A stretch of DNA of 64,000 nucleotides from positions 93,237 to 157,236 of the forward strand of contig CAYJJU010000002.1 of NCBI GenBank assembly GCA_964370635.1, given 5' to 3'. A program made the position numbers and the translations under genes. Below the pieces are notes generated by a model that was not told where the DNA came from, did no database searches, and saw only the letters and a list, made by a program, of their open reading frames with translations. This DNA comes from an uncultured Eubacteriales bacterium. GTDB lineage: Bacteria > Bacillota > Clostridia > Oscillospirales > Acutalibacteraceae. This document shows, in pieces, positions 9,335 through 17,861 of the stretch. Numbering within the stretch: the first letter of the stretch is position 1; each line of letters starts with the position of its first letter.

Positions 9335-9598
9335 TACACATAATGCAGTGACGAGAATTGGTGTGAGGGTCTTTCTTTTAGAGAGTTGTCGGTTGGTGTA
9401 AGACAACAGGAAGCTTGCAGTCTGCTCATCTCGTAGCAGTTTTCCTGAACATTTATGATTATTAGGGAAAAACGGTAGTCCCCGTTACAGGACAGTATGT
9501 ATTAGCATACACTGAGTGGTCGCTGTTTAGGCGGCAATTAGAGTGGTACCGTGAAGTCTAGCCTTCATCTCTTATTAAGAGATGAAGGCTTATTTTAT
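9335..9598 (+). promoter_or_regulatory. T-box leader (tRNA-sensing riboswitch) with terminator
   Basis: AGAGAG at 9380..9385. Distal GGTTGGTGTAA loop at 9391..9401. T-box sequence AATTAGAGTGGTACCGTG at 9536..9553. A 13-bp terminator stem AGCCTTCATCTCT/AGAGATGAAGGCT at 9560..9590, followed by a T-rich tract. Lies directly upstream of ilvB. Confidence 0.85.
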
Positions 9599-9620
9599 TA
9601 ATTAGAGAGGATGAATTATT

Positions 9621-11294
9621 ATGAACACAAAAAATATAAATGGCTCTGACATCATCATGGAATGTCTTATAGAGCAAGGAGTAGACACCGTTTTCGGTTA
9701 TCCCGGAGGAGCGGTTTTAAACATTTATGACGCACTTTATAAATACGAAGATAAAATTAAACATGTGCTTACTTCTCACGAGCAGGGTGCGGCACATGCG
9801 GCAGACGGCTATGCACGCTCTAGCGGCAAAGTAGGCGTTTGCATCGCAACGTCGGGCCCAGGAGCCACAAACCTTGTCACAGGCATTGCAACAGCCTATA
9901 TGGACTCTGTGCCCATGGTTGCAATTACAGGAAATGTCGGTCGCTCACTATTAGGCCTTGACAGCTTCCAAGAGGTTGACATTACGGGAATTACCATGTC
10001 CATCACTAAACATAATTTTCTTATTAAGAATGTCGAGGAGCTTGCCGACACCGTGCGTGAAGCCTTTGTAATTGCAAATTCTGGCAGAAAAGGGCCGGTA
10101 CTTATCGACATACCAAAAGACATTACGGGCGCTATGTGCGACTTTACCCCTGTTGCCCCTAAAAAAATAGAGGCAAGTGCCGAGCTTCCGCCAAAAGAGT
10201 GGCTTGATAAAACCATAGATATGCTTAAAAACAGCAAAAGGCCTATGATTTATGCAGGCGGAGGAGTGATGTGGTCGGGCGCTACAGACGCCTTACACGA
10301 GTTTGCAGATAAACTTGACGCGCCCGTGTCTTGCTCATTAATGTGCCAAGGTGGTTTTGACCAAGAAAACTCACGCTATGTGGGAATGCTTGGAATGCAT
10401 GGGACAAAAGTGTCTGCGCAAACCATAAAACATTGTGACCTTTTAATCGCAGTTGGAAGCAGATTTTCAGACAGGGTCATCGGAAATCAACAACTTTTCG
10501 CAAAAAATTTCCCTGTAATTCAAATCGATGTAGACGCCGCAGAGTTTAACAAAAATATTCCTGTCTCCGTAAGGCTTAAAGGTGATGCCAAAGTCATTTT
10601 GGAGGAGCTTTTAAAGGCACTTCCACAGTGCGAGCACGGCGACTGGATGAACGAAATAGAAACATGGAAAAACATGTATCCCTTAGTACAAAAAGGAAAA
10701 GGTGTCACGCCTCAATCTATTTTATCGACACTTAGCAAGATGACAAACGATAACTCTGTAATCACCACAGAAGTCGGACAGCATCAAATGTGGACGGCAC
10801 AGTACTACACCTTTAGAAGGCCACAACAAATGCTAACTTCCGGCGGACTTGGCACTATGGGTTACGGCCTTGGAGCCAGTATAGGCGCAAAGTTTGCAAA
10901 CCCTACAAAAAAAGTCATTAACATTGCAGGCGACGGAAGTTTCCACATGAATTTAAACGAGCTTGCAACTGCTTCAAAATATAATGTTCCCATAATAGAA
11001 ATGATTTTTGACAACCAAGTTTTAGGCATGGTAAGGCAGTGGCAAAAACTGTTTTACGACGGACGTTTTTCAAGCACTACCCTTGAAAAGAAAACAGATT
11101 ATGAGTTTTTGGCTAAAGCATTCGGCATTAAAATGCTAAAAATTGAAAAAGAAGAGCAGATAGAATCTGTGCTTAAAGAGGCTTTAAGCGCCAATGAACC
11201 CGTACTTATTCACTGCGTTATAGACAAAGACTTTAACGTGCTTCCCATGGTGCCCACAGGCGCATCGGTCGAAGACCCCATACTAGAAATGTGA
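9621..11294 (+). CDS. ilvB: acetolactate synthase large subunit
   Basis: 557 aa with ThDP motif GDGSFHMN and full-length family resemblance. Confidence 0.95.
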   Translation: MNTKNINGSDIIMECLIEQGVDTVFGYPGGAVLNIYDALYKYEDKIKHVLTSHEQGAAHAADGYARSSGKVGVCIATSGPGATNLVTGIATAYMDSVPMVAITGNVGRSLLGLDSFQEVDITGITMSITKHNFLIKNVEELADTVREAFVIANSGRKGPVLIDIPKDITGAMCDFTPVAPKKIEASAELPPKEWLDKTIDMLKNSKRPMIYAGGGVMWSGATDALHEFADKLDAPVSCSLMCQGGFDQENSRYVGMLGMHGTKVSAQTIKHCDLLIAVGSRFSDRVIGNQQLFAKNFPVIQIDVDAAEFNKNIPVSVRLKGDAKVILEELLKALPQCEHGDWMNEIETWKNMYPLVQKGKGVTPQSILSTLSKMTNDNSVITTEVGQHQMWTAQYYTFRRPQQMLTSGGLGTMGYGLGASIGAKFANPTKKVINIAGDGSFHMNLNELATASKYNVPIIEMIFDNQVLGMVRQWQKLFYDGRFSSTTLEKKTDYEFLAKAFGIKMLKIEKEEQIESVLKEALSANEPVLIHCVIDKDFNVLPMVPTGASVEDPILEM

Positions 11295-11307
11295 GGAGGA
11301 TAAAATT

Positions 11308-11790
11308 ATGACAGAAAAAGATTATCTGGTTTTAGTAACAGCAAAAAACCACACAGGTGTAATTCAGCGTATATCAGGCCTTTTTAGCAGAAGATTTTTT
11401 AATATTTTAAGCCTTGTCGCCGCCCAAAGCGAAAATCCGGAAATTTCACACCTTATCATAGTTGTAAGAGGCGATGCAAACGCTGCAAGACAGGCAGAAA
11501 AACAGCTTTCAAAACTTTATGATGTAATAAATGTAGATGTAGTAGACACAGAAAACGCCGTGGTGCGTGAATATTTAATGCTAAAAGTAAAAAATAACAA
11601 TGAACAAAGCGAAAAATTAATCTCAATAGCAAGCGTATTTCATGCAAACGTTTTAAATGTTGACGACAAGAGCTTTATAGTGGAAATTACAGGCAATCCA
11701 AGGACTATAAATTCTTTTGTAGAACTTTATAAGGGTTATGGAATAGTTCAAATGCTTCGCACAGGTGCTATGGCAATGACCGTAGAATGA
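11308..11790 (+). CDS. ilvN: acetolactate synthase small (regulatory) subunit
   Basis: 160 aa with an ACT domain, immediately after ilvB. Confidence 0.9.
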   Translation: MTEKDYLVLVTAKNHTGVIQRISGLFSRRFFNILSLVAAQSENPEISHLIIVVRGDANAARQAEKQLSKLYDVINVDVVDTENAVVREYLMLKVKNNNEQSEKLISIASVFHANVLNVDDKSFIVEITGNPRTINSFVELYKGYGIVQMLRTGAMAMTVE

Positions 11791-11800
11791 GGAGGAAACA

Positions 11801-13003
11801 ATGTTAAGTTTAGACAAAGTATATCAGGCTTCCTATGTGCTTAAAAACGTCGCAAAATGCACAGAGCTTGTCCATGCTCCTTTATTAAACCCCAATGCAA
11901 ACATTTACCTAAAGACAGAAAATTTACAAAACACGGGTTCATTTAAACTTCGTGGCGCGTATTTTAAAATGTCGCAGTTATCCCAAAAAGAAAAAGCCGC
12001 AGGCGTAATTGCCTGCTCTGCAGGAAACCATGCGCAAGGCGTCGCATTTGCCGCAAAAGAAAATAAAATCAAGGCGAGAATATGCATACCAGAGGGCGCA
12101 CCAATATCAAAGGTTGAGGCAACAAAAAGGCATGGCGCAGACGTAATCCTTGTAAAAGGCGTGTATGACGACGCCTATGAAAAATCAAGAGAGCTTCATG
12201 AAGAACTGGGTTGCACCTTCATTCATCCTTATGACGACGAAGACGTAATTGCAGGGCAAGGGACTATAGGCCTTGAAATTTTGGAGCAACTTGAAAATTT
12301 AGACGCCGTAATTGTGCCGATAGGCGGCGGCGGTTTAATCTCGGGCATAGCCTACACGATAAAATCGCTTAACCCTAATGTTAAGGTGTACGGTGTTCAG
12401 GCTTTTGGCGCTATGTCCATGCTAAACTCCATAGAAAAAGGCAAAAGAGAGACTCTTTCACATGTGACGACCATCGCAGACGGTATAGCGGTCAAATGCC
12501 CGGGAGAAATCACATATGACATCTGCAAAAAATATGTTGATGAAATAGTAAGCGTTACCGACGACGAAATTTCCTCTGCAATCTTGGCTTTGATAGAGCA
12601 ACACAAAATGATAGCCGAGGGCGCAGGCGCCGTTGCAGTAGCCGCCGCAATGTTTGATAAAATTGACATAAAGGGAAAAAATGTCGCCTGCATAGTGTCG
12701 GGTGGTAACATAGATGTGACGATTTTATCAAGGGTAATAGGCCGAGGCTTACTAAAAGACGGGCGTTCTATAGACATAAGCGTTGCGCTGTCCGACAAAC
12801 CGGGTCAGCTTCAAACTGTTTCTAGAATTATTGCAGATTTAGGAGCAAATGTAGTGTCGGTAAGGCACGACCGCTCCGATGAAAACATGGATATAACCTC
12901 ATGTTATTTGCATCTTAGAATGGAAACAAGAAACCGTGAACATGCAGACGAGGTAGTAAAATCACTAAGAGAAAACGGCTACGAAATAGTGTCGTACAGA
13001 TAA
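11801..13003 (+). CDS. ilvA: threonine ammonia-lyase (threonine dehydratase)
   Basis: 400 aa with PLP lysine motif [10 protein letters not shown] and a C-terminal ACT-like domain. Confidence 0.9.
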   Translation: MLSLDKVYQASYVLKNVAKCTELVHAPLLNPNANIYLKTENLQNTGSFKLRGAYFKMSQLSQKEKAAGVIACSAGNHAQGVAFAAKENKIKARICIPEGAPISKVEATKRHGADVILVKGVYDDAYEKSRELHEELGCTFIHPYDDEDVIAGQGTIGLEILEQLENLDAVIVPIGGGGLISGIAYTIKSLNPNVKVYGVQAFGAMSMLNSIEKGKRETLSHVTTIADGIAVKCPGEITYDICKKYVDEIVSVTDDEISSAILALIEQHKMIAEGAGAVAVAAAMFDKIDIKGKNVACIVSGGNIDVTILSRVIGRGLLKDGRSIDISVALSDKPGQLQTVSRIIADLGANVVSVRHDRSDENMDITSCYLHLRMETRNREHADEVVKSLRENGYEIVSYR

Positions 13004-13006
13004 AAA

Positions 13007-13244
13007 TAGCTTCTAAAAAACAATATAATTACGGCTATTAAAAGTTTTACTAAATTTTTTTCAAAAAATTTCGGGTTCTTAGGGCTGAGCCCTAAGGCGT
13101 TTTCCGCAGAAAACGAAATCTTATCCTTAGAAGAGCATTTTAAAGGTGAATTTTGCCCTTAAAGGGCAAGTTTTGCGATAAAAAACTTTCCTTATCTCGT
13201 CCCTTTTGTAGAGTGTTTTCACTACAAGGGTTTATTGACAGTCT
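13007..13244 (+). mobile_element. MITE-like element E3 (same family as E1/E2)
   Basis: The right end GGGTTTATTGACAGTCT matches the E1 end GGGTTTTTCGACAGTCTG. The left end TAGCTTCTAAAAAAC is a degraded A end. The internal 160 nt (13037..13196) is the reverse complement of 15290..15460. Confidence 0.7.
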
Positions 13245-13245
13245 T

Positions 13246-13287
13246 AACAATCTAACACTTGATAAAAGTGTTAGATTGTTTTTTTAT
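13246..13287 (+). terminator. intrinsic terminator of the ilv operon
   Basis: Perfect 15-bp stem AACAATCTAACACTT/AAGTGTTAGATTGTT, loop GATAA, then T7. Confidence 0.9.
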
Positions 13288-13336
13288 GTTCTTATAATCC
13301 ATTAATCAGCAATTTTAAAAAGATAATAATAAGCTC

Positions 13337-13365
13337 TTGACAAATAATAATAGTTAAGCTAAAAT
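13337..13365 (+). promoter_or_regulatory. sigmaA-type promoter of marR-MATE
   Basis: TTGACA, 17 nt spacer, TAAAAT. Overlapped by three tandem TAGTTAAG(C)TAAAA-like units at 13351..13392. Confidence 0.6.
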
Positions 13366-13415
13366 AGTTAAGTAAAAGTAATTAAGTAAAAATACTTATC
13401 GAAAGGAAGATATTT

Positions 13416-13865
13416 ATGGAAGAGAGATTTATAAAATCCATGGACAAGCTTTTTCACAACATGGCCATAACGGATTTACAGCGTTCTTACACAGATTTTG
13501 ACACATCGGACTTGTCGTATCACGACACCTTATATTTAAACATCATCGAGGCGCACCCAAACAGGTACACTTCGTCTCAGATAGCCGATTTATTAAAAAT
13601 AACGAGGCCTGCGGTGACGCAAAAAATAAATATACTCGTAAAAAAAGGCTATATAATAAGGACGCAAAGTCAAAAAGACAGGCGTGTTTTCTATCTTGCG
13701 ACAAACCCTGAAAAGAGCTTTTATAATAGCGATGACAAAAAGGCAGACAGAAAAGTTGCCAAATATTTTGAAAAAAAGTATGGCACTCATGCGCTTAAAA
13801 TGCTTTGCGAAATGATTGAATTTTACGCGCAGGAAATTTACGACGAAAAATTGAAAGAGGTATAA
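13416..13865 (+). CDS. MarR family transcriptional regulator
   Basis: 149 aa with winged-helix segment LKITRPAVTQKINILVKKGYIIRTQSQKDRRVFYL. Confidence 0.9.
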   Translation: MEERFIKSMDKLFHNMAITDLQRSYTDFDTSDLSYHDTLYLNIIEAHPNRYTSSQIADLLKITRPAVTQKINILVKKGYIIRTQSQKDRRVFYLATNPEKSFYNSDDKKADRKVAKYFEKKYGTHALKMLCEMIEFYAQEIYDEKLKEV

Positions 13866-13866
13866 A

Positions 13867-15207
13867 ATGCATATTAACAATCCGCTTGCTAAGGATTTTA
13901 GCATGGCGGCACTACTAAAATATACTTTACCCAGCATATTTACAATGATATTTTTATCCACCTACACAGTCATTGACGGTGTGTTTGTATCAAACTTTGT
14001 GGGTGAGAATGCCTTAGCGGCAATCAACATAGTTTTCCCCTTACTCGGCGTCTTACTTGCCGTAAGCCTCATGTTGGCAACAGGCGGCAATGCGATAATC
14101 GCAAGGTTTATGGGCGAGGGCAAGAATAAGGAGGCAAGAGAATTTTTAAGCGTGCTATACATCATAGGCACGGCCTTAGGCCTTCTTGCAAGCCTTGCGG
14201 TTTTTACTTTCCCCGATGCGATACTCAAGGGATTAAACGTGAGTGAGAGCCTGTATGAACCTTCAAAAGTATACATGCTCAGCTTGGCAGGCTTTGCGGC
14301 ACCCGTCGTGCTTCAGGTCTTGGCACAATCTTTCATGGTAACCGCAGGAAAACCTACATTTGGCTTTATCATAAGCGTTGCAGGTGGAATAACTAATATT
14401 ATCTTAGACTATGTGTTAATTTCTCCCAATTTAGGCAATTTGGGCATAGCTGGCGCCGGAATTGCGACGGGAATAGGAAACTCAATACCCGGAATAATCG
14501 CCCTGTTTTATTTTATGTTTAAAAGAAAGGGAAACCTTTATTTTTCAAAGCCAAAATTGAAACTCAAACTACTATTTCAAGGCATGTTTAACGGCTCATC
14601 AGAACTTGTAAGCTCGCTTGCAGGCTCGGTTACTACCATAATGTTTAATGTGATACTGCTAAGTTTAGTGGGCGATGCAGGCGTTGCCGCAATCAGTGTA
14701 ATTCTATATTTACAAATGTTCCAAAATGCCATTTACATGGGATACAGCATAGGTGTAGCGCCGATTATCGGCTACAAATACGGGCAGGGCAACAAGCAAG
14801 CCCTTCATAAAGTCATGGGGCAAAGTCTTAAAATCACAGCCGCCGCCTCAGTCTTAGTGATATCCGCCACGCTACTGTTCTCAAATCAAGCGGTGGGCAT
14901 ATTTATTTCACAAGACAGTGCGACTTTTGAAATGGCGAGAAACGGCTTGATTTTGTTTTCACCGGCCTATTTATTTATGGGATTTAACATATTTTTCTCG
15001 GCAATGTTCACATCGCTTTCAAACGGAAAAATATCGGCGAGCATATCGCTTTTAAGAACCTTTGTATTTTTAGTGAGCTCACTCATTGTGCTTCCAAATA
15101 TATTTGGCTTAAACGGAGTATGGCTTGCAGTACCCATAGCGGAATTTTTAGCATTTATCATTGCAGTGATATTTTATAGACGATACAAAAAGACATATGG
15201 GTATTAA
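13867..15207 (+). CDS. MATE family efflux transporter
   Basis: 446 aa with a 12-TM pattern and MATE-like N-terminus. Start is 2 nt after the marR stop. Confidence 0.9.
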   Translation: MHINNPLAKDFSMAALLKYTLPSIFTMIFLSTYTVIDGVFVSNFVGENALAAINIVFPLLGVLLAVSLMLATGGNAIIARFMGEGKNKEAREFLSVLYIIGTALGLLASLAVFTFPDAILKGLNVSESLYEPSKVYMLSLAGFAAPVVLQVLAQSFMVTAGKPTFGFIISVAGGITNIILDYVLISPNLGNLGIAGAGIATGIGNSIPGIIALFYFMFKRKGNLYFSKPKLKLKLLFQGMFNGSSELVSSLAGSVTTIMFNVILLSLVGDAGVAAISVILYLQMFQNAIYMGYSIGVAPIIGYKYGQGNKQALHKVMGQSLKITAAASVLVISATLLFSNQAVGIFISQDSATFEMARNGLILFSPAYLFMGFNIFFSAMFTSLSNGKISASISLLRTFVFLVSSLIVLPNIFGLNGVWLAVPIAEFLAFIIAVIFYRRYKKTYGY

Positions 15208-15209
15208 AA

Positions 15210-15238
15210 AAATCCGCCCTCGCTGTGAGGGCGGATTT
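15210..15238. terminator. hairpin H1 AAATCCGCCCTC-GCTGT-GAGGGCGGATTT
   Basis: 12-bp stem preceded by A7. It is near-identical to H2 at 15503..15531 as its inverted copy. The two flank element E2. Confidence 0.65.
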
Positions 15239-15502
15239 CAGACTGCCAATAAACCTCTGTTAGGAAAAAAGTTGCACAAATGGTTAGGCATAAGGAAACT
15301 TTTTCTATCGCAAAAACTTTCCTCTTTTGCCCTTTTAGGGCAAAATTCACCTTCAAAAATGCTCTTCTAAGGATAAGATTTCGTTTTCTGCGGAAAACGC
15401 CTTAGGGCTCAGCCCTAAGTACCCGAAATTTTTTGAAAAAAATTTAGTAAAACTTTTAATAATTGTCATTATGACGAAACGCCATGGTTTTTTGACACGC
15501 TG
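15239..15502 (-). mobile_element. MITE-like element E2 (264 bp), inverted relative to E3
   Basis: The + strand starts CAGACTGCCAATAAACC (B end) and finishes TTTTTTGACACGCTG (A end). The internal 15290..15460 is the reverse complement of 13037..13196. Confidence 0.75.
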
Positions 15503-15531
15503 AAATCCGCCCTCACAAAGAGAGCGGATTT
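15503..15531. terminator. hairpin H2 AAATCCGCCCTC-ACAAA-GAGAGCGGATTT
   Basis: Second copy of the hairpin, followed by a T-rich tract. Lies just downstream of the stop of the minus-strand gene at 15546. Confidence 0.65.
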
Positions 15532-15545
15532 ATTTGTGTAAATAA

Positions 15546-17837
15546 TTAATCTTTAAGCTCTACTCTTCTAATTTTTCCGCTGATAGTCTTAGGTAAAAAG
15601 TCCCTAAATTCTACTATTCTGGGATATTTATAAGGAGCTGTATGCGATTTTACATATTCTTGAATTTCTTTTTTTAGCTTGTCGCTTTGCGCAGTGCCTT
15701 TTGTGAGCACTACAGTAGCCTTTACAATTTGACCTCTAATGGGGTCTGGCGACGGAGTTACTGCGCATTCTAAGACATATGGAAGCTCCATAATGACGCT
15801 CTCAATCTCAAAAGGCCCTATGCGATAGCCTGAGGATTTAATCAGATCGTCGGTGCGTCCTACATACCAGAAAAAGCCGTCTTCGTCTTTCCAAGCGGTG
15901 TCGCCTGTATGGTAAATGCCGTCACACCAAGCTTCTTTAGTGCGTGCGTCGTCTTTATAATAGCCGTCGAAAAGTCCGCAAGGCTTTTTATTTCCTGTCC
16001 TTATTACAATCTCGCCTGTCTCGCCTTGAGGAGCGGAGCTTCCGTCGGGCATGATGACGTCCATTTCGTAAAGCGGATTTAAAATTCCCATAGAGCCGGG
16101 TTTTGGCACTGTTCCCACAGGATTATACACGGCTAAAGTAGTTTCTGTCTGTCCAAAGCCCTCCATAAGGCTTAGTCCCGTCGCTTTTTTCCACTGTTCG
16201 TAGACTTCAGGGTTTAGCGCCTCGCCTGCAACCGTGCAGTGCTCTAGGCTTGTAAGGTCAAACTTTGATAAATCTTCTTTTATGAAAAATCTATACATGG
16301 TCGGTGGGGCGCAGAAGGTGGTTATATTGTATTTTTTGAACATAGGAAGCAAATCGTTTGCATCAAATTTATCAAAATCATAGGTGAAAATTGCCGCTTC
16401 ACATAGCCATTGACCATAGTATTTTCCCCATACAGCCTTGCCCCATCCGGTGTCGGAAATAGTAAAATGTATGCCGTCGGGGTTTACATTGTGCCAGAAT
16501 TTTGCCGTGACATAATGCGCAAGCCCGTAAGTGTGGCTGTGCTGTGCAATTTTTGGGTATCCCGTAGTTCCCGAGGTGAAAAACATAAGTATTGGGTCAT
16601 CACCACAAGATGTGTCCTCGTCTCTTAAGAAAATATCGCTCTGTTTTGCTATGCCATCATTAAAGTCGTGCCAGCCCTCACGGCTTTCGCCGCATAATAT
16701 TAGGGTCGGCTTTATTTTAGCCTTTGTGGCACCTTTTTCCGCTTCCCATGACACCATGCCGTCTGATGTGCACACAAGTGCCGATACGTCTGCCGCATCA
16801 AAACGATACACAAAGTCATGCTCCATAAGTAAATTTGTTGCAGGAATTGCAACGGCACCAAGTTTATGTAGGGCGGTTATTGCAAACCAGAACTGATAAT
16901 GCCTTTTAAGTACAAGCATTACCTTGTCGCCTTTTTTAATTCCCAAACTTTTAAAGTAATTTGCCGTCATATTTGAGTATTTTTTCATATCGCCAAAGCT
17001 AAAACGTCTTTCTTCATGCTCTCTTGATATGTGTAGCATCGCAAGTTTATCGGGGTTTTTGTCTGCAATTTTATCGACTACATCAAAACCAAAGTTAAAT
17101 TTATCTTCATTAATAAACGAGATAGATTTTAATATATTATTTTCATCAAGCTCTGTTTTAATAAAAGCCTCTGCAACTTCATTAGGCTGATTTTCTAAAA
17201 GTTTGCTTTTTACTATTTTTTCAAAATTACTTTCTGCATGGCTTTCTTCGTTTTCGTCTGCCTTAAACACTATCGCTATGAGCTCGCAGTCTTCCCCATT
17301 TGCCGCTACCATGCCGTGCTCTGTTGAGCTGTCATAGAAAATGGTGTCGCCCTCATTAAGTATTTCTGTATGTGTTCCAATTTGCATTTTCATGCTGCCT
17401 TTTACCACTATGTCCATCTCTTGACCTAAATGAGTCGATACCTTAATTGGAGAATTTTCATCCTTTTTGCTATATGGCATAGTGACATAAAATGGCTCTG
17501 CCGCCTTGTTTTTGAAAAGAGGCGCCATGTTTAAATACTTAAAGCCCTCTCTTCTTGTAATGGGAAGCCCCTCGCCTTTTCTTGTAATATTATAACTTGA
17601 AAGGGTAGGACTTACGCCTGTTATAAGGTCTGTAGGGTCGACAGAAAACACGTGTGCACATTTGTATATGAATGTAAAGCTAAAGTCCTTGTTTCCTGCT
17701 TCATATGCTTCATATTCCTCTGTGCTTACGTCTGTTTTACTTGCCATGTCCTCTTTAGATATTCCCATGATTTCCCTTAAGGTGCGTATCCTTTGTGCCA
17801 CTTCGTGCAGTTGATTTTTAAGCTGAGTATTTTCCAT
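15546..17837 (-). CDS. XRE-HTH + cupin domains fused to AMP-forming acyl-CoA synthetase
   Basis: 763 aa. Residues about 10-75 are HTH_3-like (RIRTLREIMGISKEDMASKTDVSTEEYEAYE). Residues about 130-195 are cupin-like (GDTIFYDSSTEHGM). The rest is an adenylate-forming enzyme (FFTSGTTGYPK, YHTGD, final PKTISGKIRR). Confidence 0.85.
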   Translation of the reverse strand: MENTQLKNQLHEVAQRIRTLREIMGISKEDMASKTDVSTEEYEAYEAGNKDFSFTFIYKCAHVFSVDPTDLITGVSPTLSSYNITRKGEGLPITRREGFKYLNMAPLFKNKAAEPFYVTMPYSKKDENSPIKVSTHLGQEMDIVVKGSMKMQIGTHTEILNEGDTIFYDSSTEHGMVAANGEDCELIAIVFKADENEESHAESNFEKIVKSKLLENQPNEVAEAFIKTELDENNILKSISFINEDKFNFGFDVVDKIADKNPDKLAMLHISREHEERRFSFGDMKKYSNMTANYFKSLGIKKGDKVMLVLKRHYQFWFAITALHKLGAVAIPATNLLMEHDFVYRFDAADVSALVCTSDGMVSWEAEKGATKAKIKPTLILCGESREGWHDFNDGIAKQSDIFLRDEDTSCGDDPILMFFTSGTTGYPKIAQHSHTYGLAHYVTAKFWHNVNPDGIHFTISDTGWGKAVWGKYYGQWLCEAAIFTYDFDKFDANDLLPMFKKYNITTFCAPPTMYRFFIKEDLSKFDLTSLEHCTVAGEALNPEVYEQWKKATGLSLMEGFGQTETTLAVYNPVGTVPKPGSMGILNPLYEMDVIMPDGSSAPQGETGEIVIRTGNKKPCGLFDGYYKDDARTKEAWCDGIYHTGDTAWKDEDGFFWYVGRTDDLIKSSGYRIGPFEIESVIMELPYVLECAVTPSPDPIRGQIVKATVVLTKGTAQSDKLKKEIQEYVKSHTAPYKYPRIVEFRDFLPKTISGKIRRVELKD

Positions 17838-17861
17838 AATGATGACCTCCTCAAATTTAAT

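Noticed and set aside
13007-15531. Calling the marR-MATE segment a bona fide composite transposon or genomic island.
   Set aside because: No transposase, integrase or target-site duplication of the whole unit is visible. The two flanking MITE copies may be independent insertions. It is reported as an observation only.
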